This document shows positions 11,811 to 24,748 of a DNA stretch of 64,000 nucleotides, piece by piece. The DNA is from Rhizodiscina lignyota (lineage: Eukaryota). The DNA lies in the NCBI GenBank assembly GCA_010015805.1, contig ML978123.1, positions 1,736,001 to 1,800,000 of the forward strand, given 5' to 3'. The notes beneath the pieces are model-generated. The model made no database searches. It was not told the DNA's origin and worked only from the letters and a program-made list of their open reading frames with translations. Within the stretch, counting starts at the first letter, position 1, and every line of letters begins with the position of its first letter. A program made the position numbers and the translations under genes.

Positions 11811-13476
11811 ATGGCCCAGCATCGACAGTCATTCCTCGAGTTCGTGGTCATGAACCCTTTTCTCTTCCTCTACGAGCTGGTACAGTGGATACTTGACAGG
11901 CTCCTCAGCCCATCTCCGCCGCCCCCACATGCGCAATTGTCACGGCCTAAAATCGCCGTCATTGGCGCTGGCTTGACTGGTGTCTCGGCAGCTTCACATT
12001 GCGTCGGGCATGGCTTCGAGGCTACCATCTTCGAGAAAGGCGATCGGAAGACTCTGGGTGGAATATGGAGCGTAAGGGTCCCAATTACCCGATTATCTCC
12101 AAAGCTATATGCTCACGTTCATCTCAGAAAGTCAACAACACCTCCGGCCTTCAAATCCATAGCCTCATGTATCGCTTCCATCCATCTGTGAAATGGGGTA
12201 AAGGCTACCCGAACCGCAAGCAAATCGTCAGCCAGATAGAGCAACTCTGGAAGCGATACGGCCTCGAAGAGCGTACACGATTCAATACGGATGTTACAAA
12301 AGTATACAAGGATGAACAGGGGCGGTGGATTATCAACGATCCTTCCAATGGCCGTTTCGACGGCGTCATCGCTGCGATTGGAACATGTGGAGACCCCAAG
12401 ATGCCGCACATCCCAGGGCAGGAACAATACAAAGGCGAAATCTATCACTCATCACAGCTGGATGGTAAGGAGGCGAACGGCAAGAAAGTGATCGTGATCG
12501 GAGGCGGTGCTTCCGCTGTCGAGGCGCTGGAGTTCGTGGCTGCTGAGGATGCCAAACAAGCGGATGTGCTTGCTCGCTCAGAGAAATGGATCATCCCGCG
12601 CAATCCGTTTATCGACATACTCCTCTCCATGAACATCTTCGGCCAAGAGACCTTTCTCTCCTGGATCCCGGAGAACCTGCTGCGTCTCTTCTTCTACCGT
12701 GACCTTTCCGATCTGTCGCCGCCTCCGAGCAGCGGCAAAGGCATATTCACCGAAACGCCAATGGTGAACAACGATGTGCTCGAGCTCGTACGAAGCGGCA
12801 AGGCAAGGTGGTTGCGCGGCGATATCATCGGTTTTACCGAAAATGGAGTCAAATTCAACCGCCGGGCACAGGGCGTGCCGCAAGGTGGCCCTGGTAAGGA
12901 AGAAGTCATTGAGGGAGACCTCGTGATCCTGGCTACCGGATATACTCGGCCAAGCTTAGGATTTTTGCCCGATGAGTGCTTCGAGGAACCATACCAGCCT
13001 CCTTCGTGGTATTTGCAGGTTTTCCCCCCAACGAAGGACGGCATGGAGATATGCTGCAACAACTGTACATATGTCAACGCTATCGGCACTGTGGGTAATT
13101 ACCACATCGGTACGTTCGCTTCTCTTTCTCGCCCATCTTGGACTCGCTGACGAAATTCACAGGTATCTACACCCGCTTCCTTCTCATGTTCCTCGTCGAT
13201 CCTCTCGCACGCCCTCGTCCATGGCTTATGCGACGGTGGATTGATATGACGTGTTGGATCAAGTCCAAGGCCCCTAGCGGCGCATTTGACTTCTTCACGT
13301 ACTCCGAGCTTCTATACTGGTTCACATTCGCGATCGTCATCAACCCGTTCAGGTGGAAGTGGGCGCTATTTGTGTTCTTCGGTATTGGCGCGGACTTGCC
13401 ACTTGCAGTGGTAAAGGAAGAGGATCAGATCAGAGAGAAAATGAAAAATGGGACTGGGGGAGTGACGAGGAACTGA
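11811..13476 (+). CDS. Flavin-containing monooxygenase (FMO-like)
   Basis: VIGAGLTG FAD motif, GGIW, YKGEIYHSSQL (FxGxxxHS-like), VIGGGASA NADPH motif, ILATGY; 2 introns. Confidence 0.9.
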
Positions 13477-13610
13477 TCCTAATGAGTTACGAACTAGGCA
13501 ATGGCTTTTAAAAGTTTGCCAATGGAAGGTGCCAAGCGAAGAGCCCAAGTGAAGGGGATGGCTTGGATAGAAGGCGGCCATAGATTTAACAAAACCCAAT
13601 CAAGGGTCAT

Positions 13611-15426
13611 TCAATTTGGCCTTCTCTCTTTAATTATCACCCTAATATCCTTCAAATCCCTCTTGAACTTCGGTACGAACCAGTCCGCCTCGAACTGTAC
13701 ATGGTCGATCGTCGTATCAACGAGCTCCATATCGAACCGATGCACGAGTGCTGCAAGACACAAATACAGCTCTGCATATGCCAAGTTGATCCCCACACAC
13801 ATCCTACCGCCTTTTGTGAACGGCACAAGGTATCTCTCCAGCCTTTTCGCCTCGTCCTTGTCAAGCCAGCGCTCTGGCTTGAACTCCATAACGTCTTCGC
13901 CCCATACAGAAGCATCGGTGTGCATGAAGTATGAGTCCATGCTCACAGGCGTGCCTGGAGGAATAACCCACGCCTTGTAATCGTCCGCAGGCTGGACCAT
14001 GAGCGGCACCTCTGCGATACGCGGAAGACGCCCACAGATGCCGTAACTGAGGCGTAGGCCTTCTTTCAGAACGGCGGTGAGGTATGGTAGCTTCTCAATA
14101 CGACTAAGCTCAAGCGGTCCGGAAGCAAGACAGGTGTCGATTTCGGATTGTAGTTTTGCGGTAATGGAGGATGATGAGAGGATGTAAACGAGCATGACGG
14201 CCAGCGATGCGCCGGTCGTTTCTGTTCCAGCACCGACTAGCGTCTCAGAATCGTATTTCAGCCTGTTGACACTCTTCTCTTTCTCCGGAAGGCTACCAGT
14301 GAGCACATCATGATATACGGTGACCTGACTATCTTTCTCCGCCTCCTCTAATAGCTCGGCCCTGCTCTTCGCCTTGAGCTTTGTGATCTGTTGCACCGCG
14401 AAGCTACGAACACGCAACATCATTCCCAGTCCTGGATCAAGCTTCGCGGCGAAGTCGACGGGAATGAATTCGACGATTGGCAGGAGGAACCACAATACTT
14501 TCATGACATGACCGATCCGCCCGAGTTGGGCGAGCGTGTCAGACCATTCAGGAAAGAAGTCTGCGCGGTCGAGAGTGCTTTCTTTCGAGCCGAGGGCATA
14601 GTCTTTGCACATCCATTAGTTCTCACACTATCAAGAGGTGATCCACGTACTTGTAATTACGTCTGTAGCAAAACAGCTCAGCGCAAATTTGATCCTAACG
14701 CCCTCGCTCTGCGCTTCATGTGTCTTTCCTGCCTCTAACAGCCTGCTACAGAGCTTCTCCGCCTTCCCTCTCACCAAACCCTGCAGCTTCTTAATATTCG
14801 CTGGAGAGAAGAAACGCTCCACGGCGGCACGTCTATAGCGATGTAGATCATGGTCACATGTCGCTTGAAATGCTTGCTGCCCTGTTCCAAACTGGCGGCA
14901 GAAATATAGAGATTTATGACGACGGAGGGCCCGTTTGCTTTCGGTTGGAGAGAGGTCGGAGGGTGCAGTTGGGGAATATAGTATCGAATAGAAGGATGGG
15001 TCGGAAACGTGGAGGTCGTCAGGTGTGATACGGATTATAGGTCCTGCTTGCATATTAGGATTGAAATGGGTTTATGCCAATCAGGTCCCGCACCGTATTG
15101 TTTGTGCCATTGCTTCAGGATGTTGACGTACTGGCCTCCTTTGATTGCGTCGTAGTATATCTCAACTCTTCGCAGTTATTCAGCAAATGCAACGAAAGGA
15201 TGCCAGAAATGCATACAAGTATGTAGCCGCCGCAAATTTTGGTCCAGGAAACTGTTGTGGTGTCAACGGACTTTTTGTATGAGAGCTTTTAGACGTTCAC
15301 CTTGGACAAGGGACTGAAATATATTCGGTAGATCACTGTCGCCGCGAAGTAAATAATGTACAAAACGAGAGGGATTGAAATAAATGGCAACGGCAAGACA
15401 TGCAACAGAGATTCAACGACCGTCAT
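13611..15426 (-). CDS. Cytochrome P450 (trichodiene oxygenase-like group)
   Basis: AGTETT I-helix, KEGLRL (ExxR), FKPERW, PFTKGGRMCVGINLA heme motif. N-terminal membrane anchor and FPGPK / YGPIIRI exons upstream. Confidence 0.93.
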
Positions 15427-16760
15427 TCTGACCGTCCAGTGCCCACAAAGCGAAAATCAACCCACAATGTCAGCGTGCCAACCTAAAAGTTTAAGCATAC
15501 CTAAGTAGGTCTTGAACGGCGTCTCACGGCAGCCGCTTGCCGCCCGCCACGCCCCATGTATCACAAACACTGTGTGAGCATCATCCTTGTCCTACCATGA
15601 ATTGCACCTACTTGAAAGGGACGGCGATGGCACTTGTTACTGTTGGTGGAGGTTAAGACGAAAAGGTTCGTGCTATCCCAGAGGAAGTCACTGCTAAATC
15701 CGGCTTAGTCATTCCATCTCCGCCCCTTGCTTGCGCACCAGGATACATAAATGCCGAGATGAGATTTCTGGTTAGCGCAGATCAAGCATTTTCTTCGGAA
15801 GGCTCCTTGAAATGGCAGTTCTGACAAGCAAAAACCCTTTCTCGATCATAGACGGCTTATATTATCAGCCGTGTTATGTACAGGCATGGCACAAATCTGT
15901 GTTTTGTGCCCTACTCTAACCGACGGGAAGCCACACCAAATCTTGGACGGTGCTTCTCAAAATTGCCAATCGATCCGTTTTTTATTTTCCGATTGGTCAA
16001 TCTGTACAAAATGTCCAAATTCGGTCATTATCTTTCGGATACAACAACGCACCAGGTATCATCCTTGGTGTGCTATATCATCTATTCTCTTATTGCACAG
16101 CTGGCAGAGATCTATAAGGAGATGTCGTGTCAGATTATAGCTCAACACTAAACTACAAAATAACTACGCTACCCCAATTTGAGATTGATATATATACCGG
16201 CTCGCAGGTGACAAAATACTTGGTTACCAGCCAAGATGTAACACCCAGACGCTAATCGCTCTTGCACCTCATTACAATTGAGACTATCTTTGAAAGCTTA
16301 GTTGTACGTTCTTCGGAGTCTACTAAACAACAGCGAACCATGGGAAAACTTGCACGCTTTGTTATCCATAGAGCCTACACACTGATGCTGTTCAGTATCC
16401 TGAAGGCTGTGCCCAACCTTTCTGTCACCCTCTTCGCACCCTACGAGAGACCAGCCCGCTCTCCGGGGAGAGAAGAGACCAGCGCAGGTCATGATGAGAG
16501 CGATAACCAAAACACGGAAGAATCAGACCGATCGAGGACCATCCAAAAATGTGGCCAGCATCATCAGTGACAAACTCAAGCAGAAAATGTGTTCGCCAGT
16601 CCACATTACATAACGAATTGGAAGAACAGCCGAAAAGCTCGTCGCAGCTTTCTCTCTTGGCGGCACGAGTTACAATTATTTTACAACTGAGATTATAGTG
16701 CTGGAATGAAGGCATAGAGTCTATACGTCGTTAGGATAATACCACTTCCGCTCCTTTGGC

Positions 16761-17819
16761 TCAGGTGAAGATTATGCCCCCGTCCACAACGACTGTCTGG
16801 CCCGTCATATAATCGCTGTCGGGCCCTGCTAAGAAACTCACTACTTTGCTCACGTCTTCTGGTACGCTCGTTCGACCAAGAGCAATCAGCTCGCCGCTGT
16901 ACTTTGCTATCGTGTCGCCCTTTTTCGCGCCGACCATATTTCCCAGCTCCTCGTCTATGAGATCCCACATCTTGGTTCCCACCTAAAGGATACTGTTAAG
17001 TATGTGACCCCAAGAACATATATTTCGGATGTCTTACTATTCCCGGAGCGTATGCATTTACTGTGATCTTATGCTTGGCCATTTCCATCGCCATCGCCTG
17101 CGTTAGACCTCGAACCGCCCATTTACTGGCCGAGTAATGGCTTAGCAAGGCAAAGGGCTTGAATGCCACAATACTAGTGTCAACGTCAGTCTTTCGATTC
17201 ATGATTTACACATTTCATACTACCTTGCGCATCCAAGAATCTTGCCACCATCCCCTTGTTCGATCATCTTCGCAGCAGCAGCGCGATAGCAATTGTAGAC
17301 GCCGAATACATTCACTTCAAACATCCGTCTGAAGTCTTTCTCGGAGAGATCTAACAATCCCTTCACTTGCGCAATACCAGCATTCGCGACCATGAGGTTC
17401 AATGGACCCAGCGAGCCGGCCGACTCCTCCACCATGGCTTCCACGTGCTTCAGGTCGGACACATCCGCCAGATACGAAATAGCCTTTCGATTGTACGTAG
17501 ACTGGACCTCATTTACAACGGACTCCACATCGCCTTTGTTTGAAGGAATGTCGTTCAGGCATAAGTCCCAACCATCTTGTGCAAGACGGATTGCGATAGC
17601 CTTGCCGCTGCAACGTAGTCAGCTTCAAGCTCATCAGCGGTGTAGAGAACTGACTGACATTCCGCGACCCGAGCCTGTAATTATTGCTGTTCTGCGCTTC
17701 TGCTCCGGAGTACTAAACGCCGTTCGGACATGCTTGGGAAATCGAGTAATGGGAGCTCTTGCGACACTCGGCGCAGCTCGCCTCCGAAAGGCTGTGTTGA
17801 TTAACGTCCTAGATGCCAT
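16761..17819 (-). CDS. SDR, acetoin/diacetyl reductase (butanediol dehydrogenase)-like, with Arg/Ser/Ala-rich N-terminus
   Basis: [81 protein letters not shown]; 3 introns. Confidence 0.88.
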
Positions 17820-18576
17820 GTGAGAAAAGTAGTAGCCAGAAAGATCAGGAAATATGTGATCGCATCAAGTTATGCATACTTATACTCTATGCCATGGCTT
17901 CGGCTGTGATCCCCTCATCTCAAACCCGGGAAACAGCTTCAGCGATGCGCTTTTCATGCAGATGCTACGGCATCTTTTACACCGGCAGCGTCGGCCGTGC
18001 GGAGCGGTAGCGAGCCTCATAATGTACCAAGAAGTCAGTAAAGAGACAGCGGCGGTATTCCGCTGCATTGTGCCCGCAGACGCTGCTGAAGCGTTGGGAA
18101 ATACGATATCGTACGTGTAAACGGTTCGGATACTGGACGGGAATATCTCCGCTTTAGCCTCTTGTTTGCAAAACAAATGAACTAAAATTCATTATTTTCG
18201 TCTACCCATTGAAAAGACGTGAGGATCTAGAACTGCTGTTGGGAACTTGGATAATTGTCCCAGGAATGAGGTGAGGAGCAAACTATCTATAATACAGAAG
18301 ATAGCAGACCGTGATGTCATCTATCAAGAGTGGAGTTGTTTGCTTGTGCTCGCATGCTATCTCAGACAGCGCCTCCCAAAATTGACTACCCCCATCAAGG
18401 CGAGAGGTCGAGACTCCCTTGTATTCTCCAACCTTGCTCTTGCCCTTTCGTGATCGGATTCGGTTAGTTGAGCTGCCGAGGCTCGAGTAGACTCCGCCCA
18501 GCCACAAGCTCGCTAGAATCTACAGGTTTGCTCATTCCGAGCCGAGCTTGTTAATGAGTCGACTTGCCCCTATTGC

Positions 18577-21500
18577 TCATCCTGATTGTTGGTTAAGGAA
18601 ATCGAAATTAAACATGCCAGCTCCGTTCACATTCATATTATCCCATTCGAAAGAGTTGATCAGCTCATCCCACTGTGACCAGTCCGTTGGTGTCTCAAAA
18701 TCACTGAAACTCGGATCCCGCGCAGGCCCAACATCCGACGGCGTTGGCTGCTGCTGCTGATGTTGAAAGCGTTGCTGTTGTGGGGGATCTTGCTGCCTGC
18801 CATCAAATGGCAATATTCCAAATGCAACGCGGCCTGGCCTTGAGTCACCTGACGACGAACCCACGTACCATGGCGAAGGGCGACTGGCATAGTAGTTGCG
18901 CAGTGTCTGGACGAAAGGTGGCACTTCCGGCGGGGGGCGACCCTCGGAAACATATTGTTTTTCTCGGCCCTCCCAGGCTCGAAGGGTAAGTCGCCGAACC
19001 GCAGCATGAAGGGTATTCGATCGCTCAGTTATTAGAGCTGGATGATGCCCGTATACAAGCTCGACTTGCTTCCAGGCCTTATCTGAATTCGGGCCAATCG
19101 GCATATTGACTAGACCACTAAATCAGTCTTATGATTTCCGATATAAAGCACTATAGTGGTAGGTACCTAAATGATCAACCAGGAAGATGAGAGCCTGCCA
19201 GGTGAAGAAGACGTTCATGTGCCAAAGAAAGCCGCGTGTTACTGGCGACGACTGAAGAAGGTTGCCGTATTCTGGGAATCAAGTAAGCTCACTCGTACCA
19301 CGAAGTGCGGGACAGCGCTCTCACCTATGATTTTCAGTGCTTTCTCAAATATCCTGTCTTTCTCCTCTTGCGGCATACTTGCTCCCTTATCGGGATACTG
19401 TCTTGGATGGTGTGTGATCATGAAGAGCATGGCAATGATAGACCTCGCAACAACAGAGACTAAATAATGGAGCTTGTTGAGTGGGTCGCAATAGCGAAGA
19501 TACTTCTGCTCGAATCGTCTCTGTAGCTCTTCAATAGCTTTGTCCTTTTCCTCCATCGGTACCATTTTGCTGCCCAGCTTCTTCCAAGGAGTGTCCGTAG
19601 TGTCGGGAGCTTGAAGATATTTGATATTCCGGAAGAAGTCGCCGAGCTCGTAGCGCATCAAACAGAATATCATCTCGGTCGCACCTTCTCTTTCTTTTGG
19701 AAAGTCTTTCATATCGGGATCCAGGTCGCAGTCGTTAACATTAAGTGGAACCCTGGAGTCCCACGAGTAATTCGATGCAAACGTGCCTTACATTTTTTGT
19801 TAGCCGAGAAAACATGCAGCTGCTGTCGAAATCCAGCACAAGCAACAAGCGTCATAGCGAGTGTCCCGAGAAGGTTGGATTGGTAGATACCACCTAGTGC
19901 AGGGCTCGACAGAGTCTGCTCAAGAGACAGTCCCAACAAGTTAATAGCAGAAGACGACAACAAGGTTGAGCGCAAAATAGCCATCGTAATCCACACATTC
20001 AGTTTAAAGCTGAAAGTTGAAGTTGAGTACGTACCTGCACCGCTGATTTCAGCTGTCGTTCGATCTAACACGACAATCTGCCACCACAGACGTCGCCTGA
20101 TTTCGATTTGAAATGGAGTGAGTTCCGAGCCGATTCCGTCTTTGTGAACTCCCATCCGTTGTGCAATTCTCAATGCAGTACCAGACAATATCCAGAGTGA
20201 CCGGGCATCGTAGTATTGTCTAACAGCCATGAGAAACAAGGTGTAAGCTTGAAGTACGATGATATCCGAAGTCCGAAGAATACAAGCCTTGACGAGAGAA
20301 GCCTGGGTGCCCTCCCGAAATCTTGCTAATAAGGTAGCCCGTGGTTCGCCTGCGGCTTGTTCGCACTCTTCATTGGTCATTGATGTTACCGCAAAGGTAA
20401 ATATTGAAAATGCTAGAGCCCGAGCATTCTTCGACAATCGGCCATCTTTCCGTTGCTCAGCATTTTCAAAGAGGATTTTTTCCGTTGTTGGCGCATGAAA
20501 GAGTTTGCAAAGCGGATCGACCTGCAGTGTTGGAGATGTGTTAGCGGACCGCAGTGAATGGACAATACGAAGTTATCAGCAATCTTGAACTGACTTCTGC
20601 CACCATTGAACGGATGTTTGGGGTACATTTCAATCGCGTTGCAACACTAGCCGGACTTGGGGGGAACAACTTACGTTCTCTTGAAAGACGTGCCAAAGTC
20701 GCTTTGCGACTTCCACGGAAGGGAGAAGCGAGTCTACGTCCACATTCTTGTCGATTCCTCCTAATATGAAGTGCGCACTATCCGACGGTGCAGGACGAAA
20801 TCCCTCCGATTTACCGGGAATTCCAGCAAGCTGCTCTTCATCGGATGAGTGTACTTGCGCAATGGCCTCAGGGTCTCGTAGCTCATCGTCGATATCCCTC
20901 CACAAGGAGCTTTCGAGATATCTTGTTGACCCACTCCTTGTCACGATTATCCTACCATTTTCTGCCTGAGTATCATCTTCCTTATCGCCACCTTCTCGGT
21001 CAATGCCAGCGCCGCTGAGAATGCCAATTGCCCCTGGTTCAGGGCTAATGTCTCTCATGGGATCTCCCTCGTCATCACCTGCTGCTGCGACATCTTCAAT
21101 CTTTACACCGAACTTGGTGAGAAGCTGTTCATACCGCCTCACGCGTGCATGAAGCCCAAGTTCGGGTGCTTTTCTGGAATCACGAGCCACACATTAGCAG
21201 AGCTCGTGCACACAAGGACGCTAAGTTCGCGGTACTGCTGAGATAGTTCCGACTCTTTCTGCGAGCAAACTACTCTAGCCAATTGGATATGGTTATTGGT
21301 AAGACATAAGATGACTCGAAATTCGAACGCCTTAGGAGACATGTCACATACCGCGACCGTCGCTTTGGAGGTAGCGGGGCTTTGTATTCACATCTTTTCT
21401 CCGATTTCCTACAATTGGAGCAAGGAACCTGGTCGTTTCAAGCGTAGTCAATATCTATCGCCGTCATGGGGGTGCAACGATGCTCGGCTTACGGTTCGAT

Positions 21501-21606
21501 CGCACTTGACCTTCCTCTGCTGACACACTAAACAAGAATTCTTTTGTGTGGCTGGTCCTGGAGAAGTCTCCTCCGAACCCCTGGCGCTCTCATCTGCTGT
21601 CGCCAT
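18577..21606 (-). CDS. Zn(II)2Cys6 transcription factor with Fungal_trans domain
   Basis: NSCLVCQQRKVKCDR; LWILSGTALRIAQRMGVHKDG...EIRRRLWWQI; REGATEMIFCLMRYE; multiple introns. Confidence 0.9.
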
Positions 21607-22145
21607 GGGGCCTCTTCTCCATTCCGCGACGCTGCTTTCCGATTTCCAGGTGATGAATGTTGCACTTCCTTCCGCCTTGACGGAGTTACGGAGGGCACTG
21701 TCTGCCCTCTCGGAACCGATTAGCTTCCGAGCACCTGAGCCCTCGAGCGGCCTGAGGACGCCCCACACGCTCTTTGCCTGGACTCCTCGCTCCCTAGCCA
21801 ATGGCATTTCGTCTTTTTCTCGAAGGATCATTAAGCTCGCCAAGCTCCGCATCTCATCCCTTTTGTGGTGTTCGTGCGCAAAGAGAGCCTCTCGGGGCCC
21901 ATCGCAGAAAACATCAGTCGGGCCCCGAGCCTCGAGGAAATTAGTCGTCAGGACATTCACCACGGAAAGTCGCATAGGACGCGCATTACAAAGGCTGCCT
22001 GTTTAAAAGTATCGTATCTGTAAGTCCACCTTGATATTCAATCGAAGCATCGTAAGTGCGAAGTCAAAGAATTTCATTGTTCTTCCTGGGTTTCAGCAAG
22101 TGCATTTGGCATCGAGAATCGCTCGACTCACAACGCGCGGCAACG

Positions 22146-23980
22146 ATGTCGACTCGCTCTTCAATCAAAGATGAGAAGCCACAGGACTTGGAGAAGAAAC
22201 CGCCGAACACGGATGAAAAACAGTCTGATCCTCTCGACAAGCCTGATGAGGAGAAATCGGCAGCCATCGCGCAAGTAAACAGTAATGAGGAGCAGAAATA
22301 CCCAAGCAACAAAGCCCTTCTCGCCATTATTCCAGCTCTCTTGCTCGCCGTTTTCCTGGTTGCTTTGGTAAGTACAACTAAATCCCTTCAACACTGCCCA
22401 CTAATGATGTCCAGGACCGCACAATCATTGCGACTGCCATTCCGAGGATAACTGATGCGTTCGATTCGCTGGGCGACGTCGGGTGGTATGGTTCGAGTTA
22501 CTTGCTAACCTTTTCTTGTTTTCAACTTCTGTTCGGTCGTATCTATACGTTCTATAATCCGAAATGGGTTCTTATCGCGGCAATCGTGGTCTTTGAGGTG
22601 GGCTCAGTCGTTTGTGGGGCGGCGCCAAACAGTACTGCTCTCATTATTGGAAGAGCTGTCTCCGGATTAGGCGCTTCTGGTATTTTCGGTGGAGCTGTCG
22701 TCATTCTTGTCCACTCCGTCCCTCTTCATAAACGGCCTGTGTTCCAGGGAATGATGGGAGGCGTGTTTGGAGTCGCTTCTGTTATCGGTCCTCTTCTTGG
22801 TGGCGCCTTTACATCAAATGTCAGCTGGCGCTGGTGGTGAGTCTAAGAGGAACGATTGTCCGCTACCATGCTAACTAATACAGTTTTTACATCAACTTAC
22901 CAGTGGGAGGCGTGACCATGGCCGTGATAACTCTGATCCTGAAGTTGGATATTGAACGAAAGAAGCGCCTCACTCTTCTGCAACAGGCAAATCGCCTCGA
23001 CCCTCTCGGAACCATCGCCTTTATGCCTGGAGTTATTTGCCTCCTGCTGGCTCTTCAATGGGGTGGCTCGACATATGCATGGAGCAATTGGCGGATTATC
23101 CTACTCTTCATTCTCTTCGGGGTCCTCATAACCGCATTCATCTTCATCCAGGCCTGGAAGAAAGAGAACGCCACAGTACCGCCGAACATATTTTTGAATC
23201 GATCCATCATCGCCGCCACATGGTTCTCATTCTGCCTAGGATCTACAATGATGGTATTCGTGTATTACCTTCCAATTTGGTTTCAATCCATCAAAGGCTC
23301 TTCACCTGTGCACTCAGGTATACAAAATCTACCCTCCGTCCTCAGTCTCGTGCTTGCCAGTATAACCTCGGGCATCATCGTTGCGAAAATTGGGTACTAC
23401 GCTCCTATGATGATCTTTTGCTCGATCATTTCATCGGTAGGGGCAGGAATGTTAACAACCTTTCAAGTCAACACTGGGCACGCCAAATGGATCGGCTACC
23501 AAATTCTTTGGGGTTTCGGCTTTGGTCTGGGGATGCAGCAACCCGGGCTTGCGGCTCAAGCAGTTCTGCAAAAGAAAGACGTCCCGACGGGCATCTCACT
23601 TACCTTTTTTGCGCAGACGATGGTAAGTAGATCCAGGACTTCAAATAATCATTGCTAATGTCTATTAGGGCGGCACTATCTTCATATCTGTGGCACAAAA
23701 TGTTTTAGATAACAAACTAGTGCAAGGAATCCGCGACCTTAACTCCAGCACTATTTCTCCCTCAGCGATCGTGAGGACGGGTGCAACGGAGCTACGGAAC
23801 TTCGTCTCCGCCAGCGATCTACCCAGAGTACTTGTGGTCTACAATAATGCGTTGGTGAACACATTCTATGTCGCGGTGGGGCTATCGTGCGCTTCGATTA
23901 TCGGAGCTCTTCTCATTGAGTGGAAGAGCGTGAAGAAAGACAAGCCGAAGCCCAAACCTGCAGCGGAAGAGAAGGTGTAG
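22146..23980 (+). CDS. MFS DHA2/14-TM drug or toxin efflux transporter
   Basis: [77 protein letters not shown]. Confidence 0.93.
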
Positions 23981-24748
23981 AGCAGTAGAGTTGAAGTTAT
24001 TGAGACTTTTACGGTTATTTATGGTAGCGTTTGAGATGACTCCCCTCAACTTAGTATGATACCACTCAATTTTGGATGCGTCTTCTTCATACGAGGGAGA
24101 CACTGGGACACGTTCTGTACAATTAAGATAAATCAAGTTCAATGAAGCCGCGCGATCTCCATAAGTATGCTCTGAAGCATATTGCTTTGAACTTTCAGTA
24201 ATGCTCTCAATTAGTCGGAAGAGCAAAACTTCTGCGTTCCGTACGCTTTCGACTTTCATGGAGGCCGCAGATACGTATCACAGTGTCATCGCTTCTAAAT
24301 TTAGCTGTTGCTACCATCTCAAAGGGTGGTCCGGCAATTTCATTCCTCGCCCGCTTGTCAAGCATCAATTCGCCGATACTAGAAGTCTTGAACACAGATT
24401 CGCACATGTTTGCGGAGCTTCAATTCGCTGGCGTCGGGAGCGTTAAACAACTAATCCCCACGCGTTGCACAAGCTTCTATCGGCTAAAGTTCGAAGAATT
24501 AACCATCAACCGGAACACGATGCTCGAGCTATGATGTGATTATTGATGGAATCCACACGCGTGCTGTGCGCGGACTCGGCAACATATCACCATTTCCAGA
24601 TCAGGCTGACTACTAGTGCTTCACCACTTGCTCTACACCTTGTATCTGATTATAGTCCAAGACACGGGCTGTAGCTTTACACGCCCTGTAGACGAGATAT
24701 CTTACTGAATATGGATTGTAAAGAGGCTAGCTTCGGCCTATGTCTAAG

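Noticed and set aside
11811..23980. Complete secondary-metabolite biosynthetic cluster
   Set aside because: No PKS, NRPS, terpene cyclase or DMATS backbone gene in the window.
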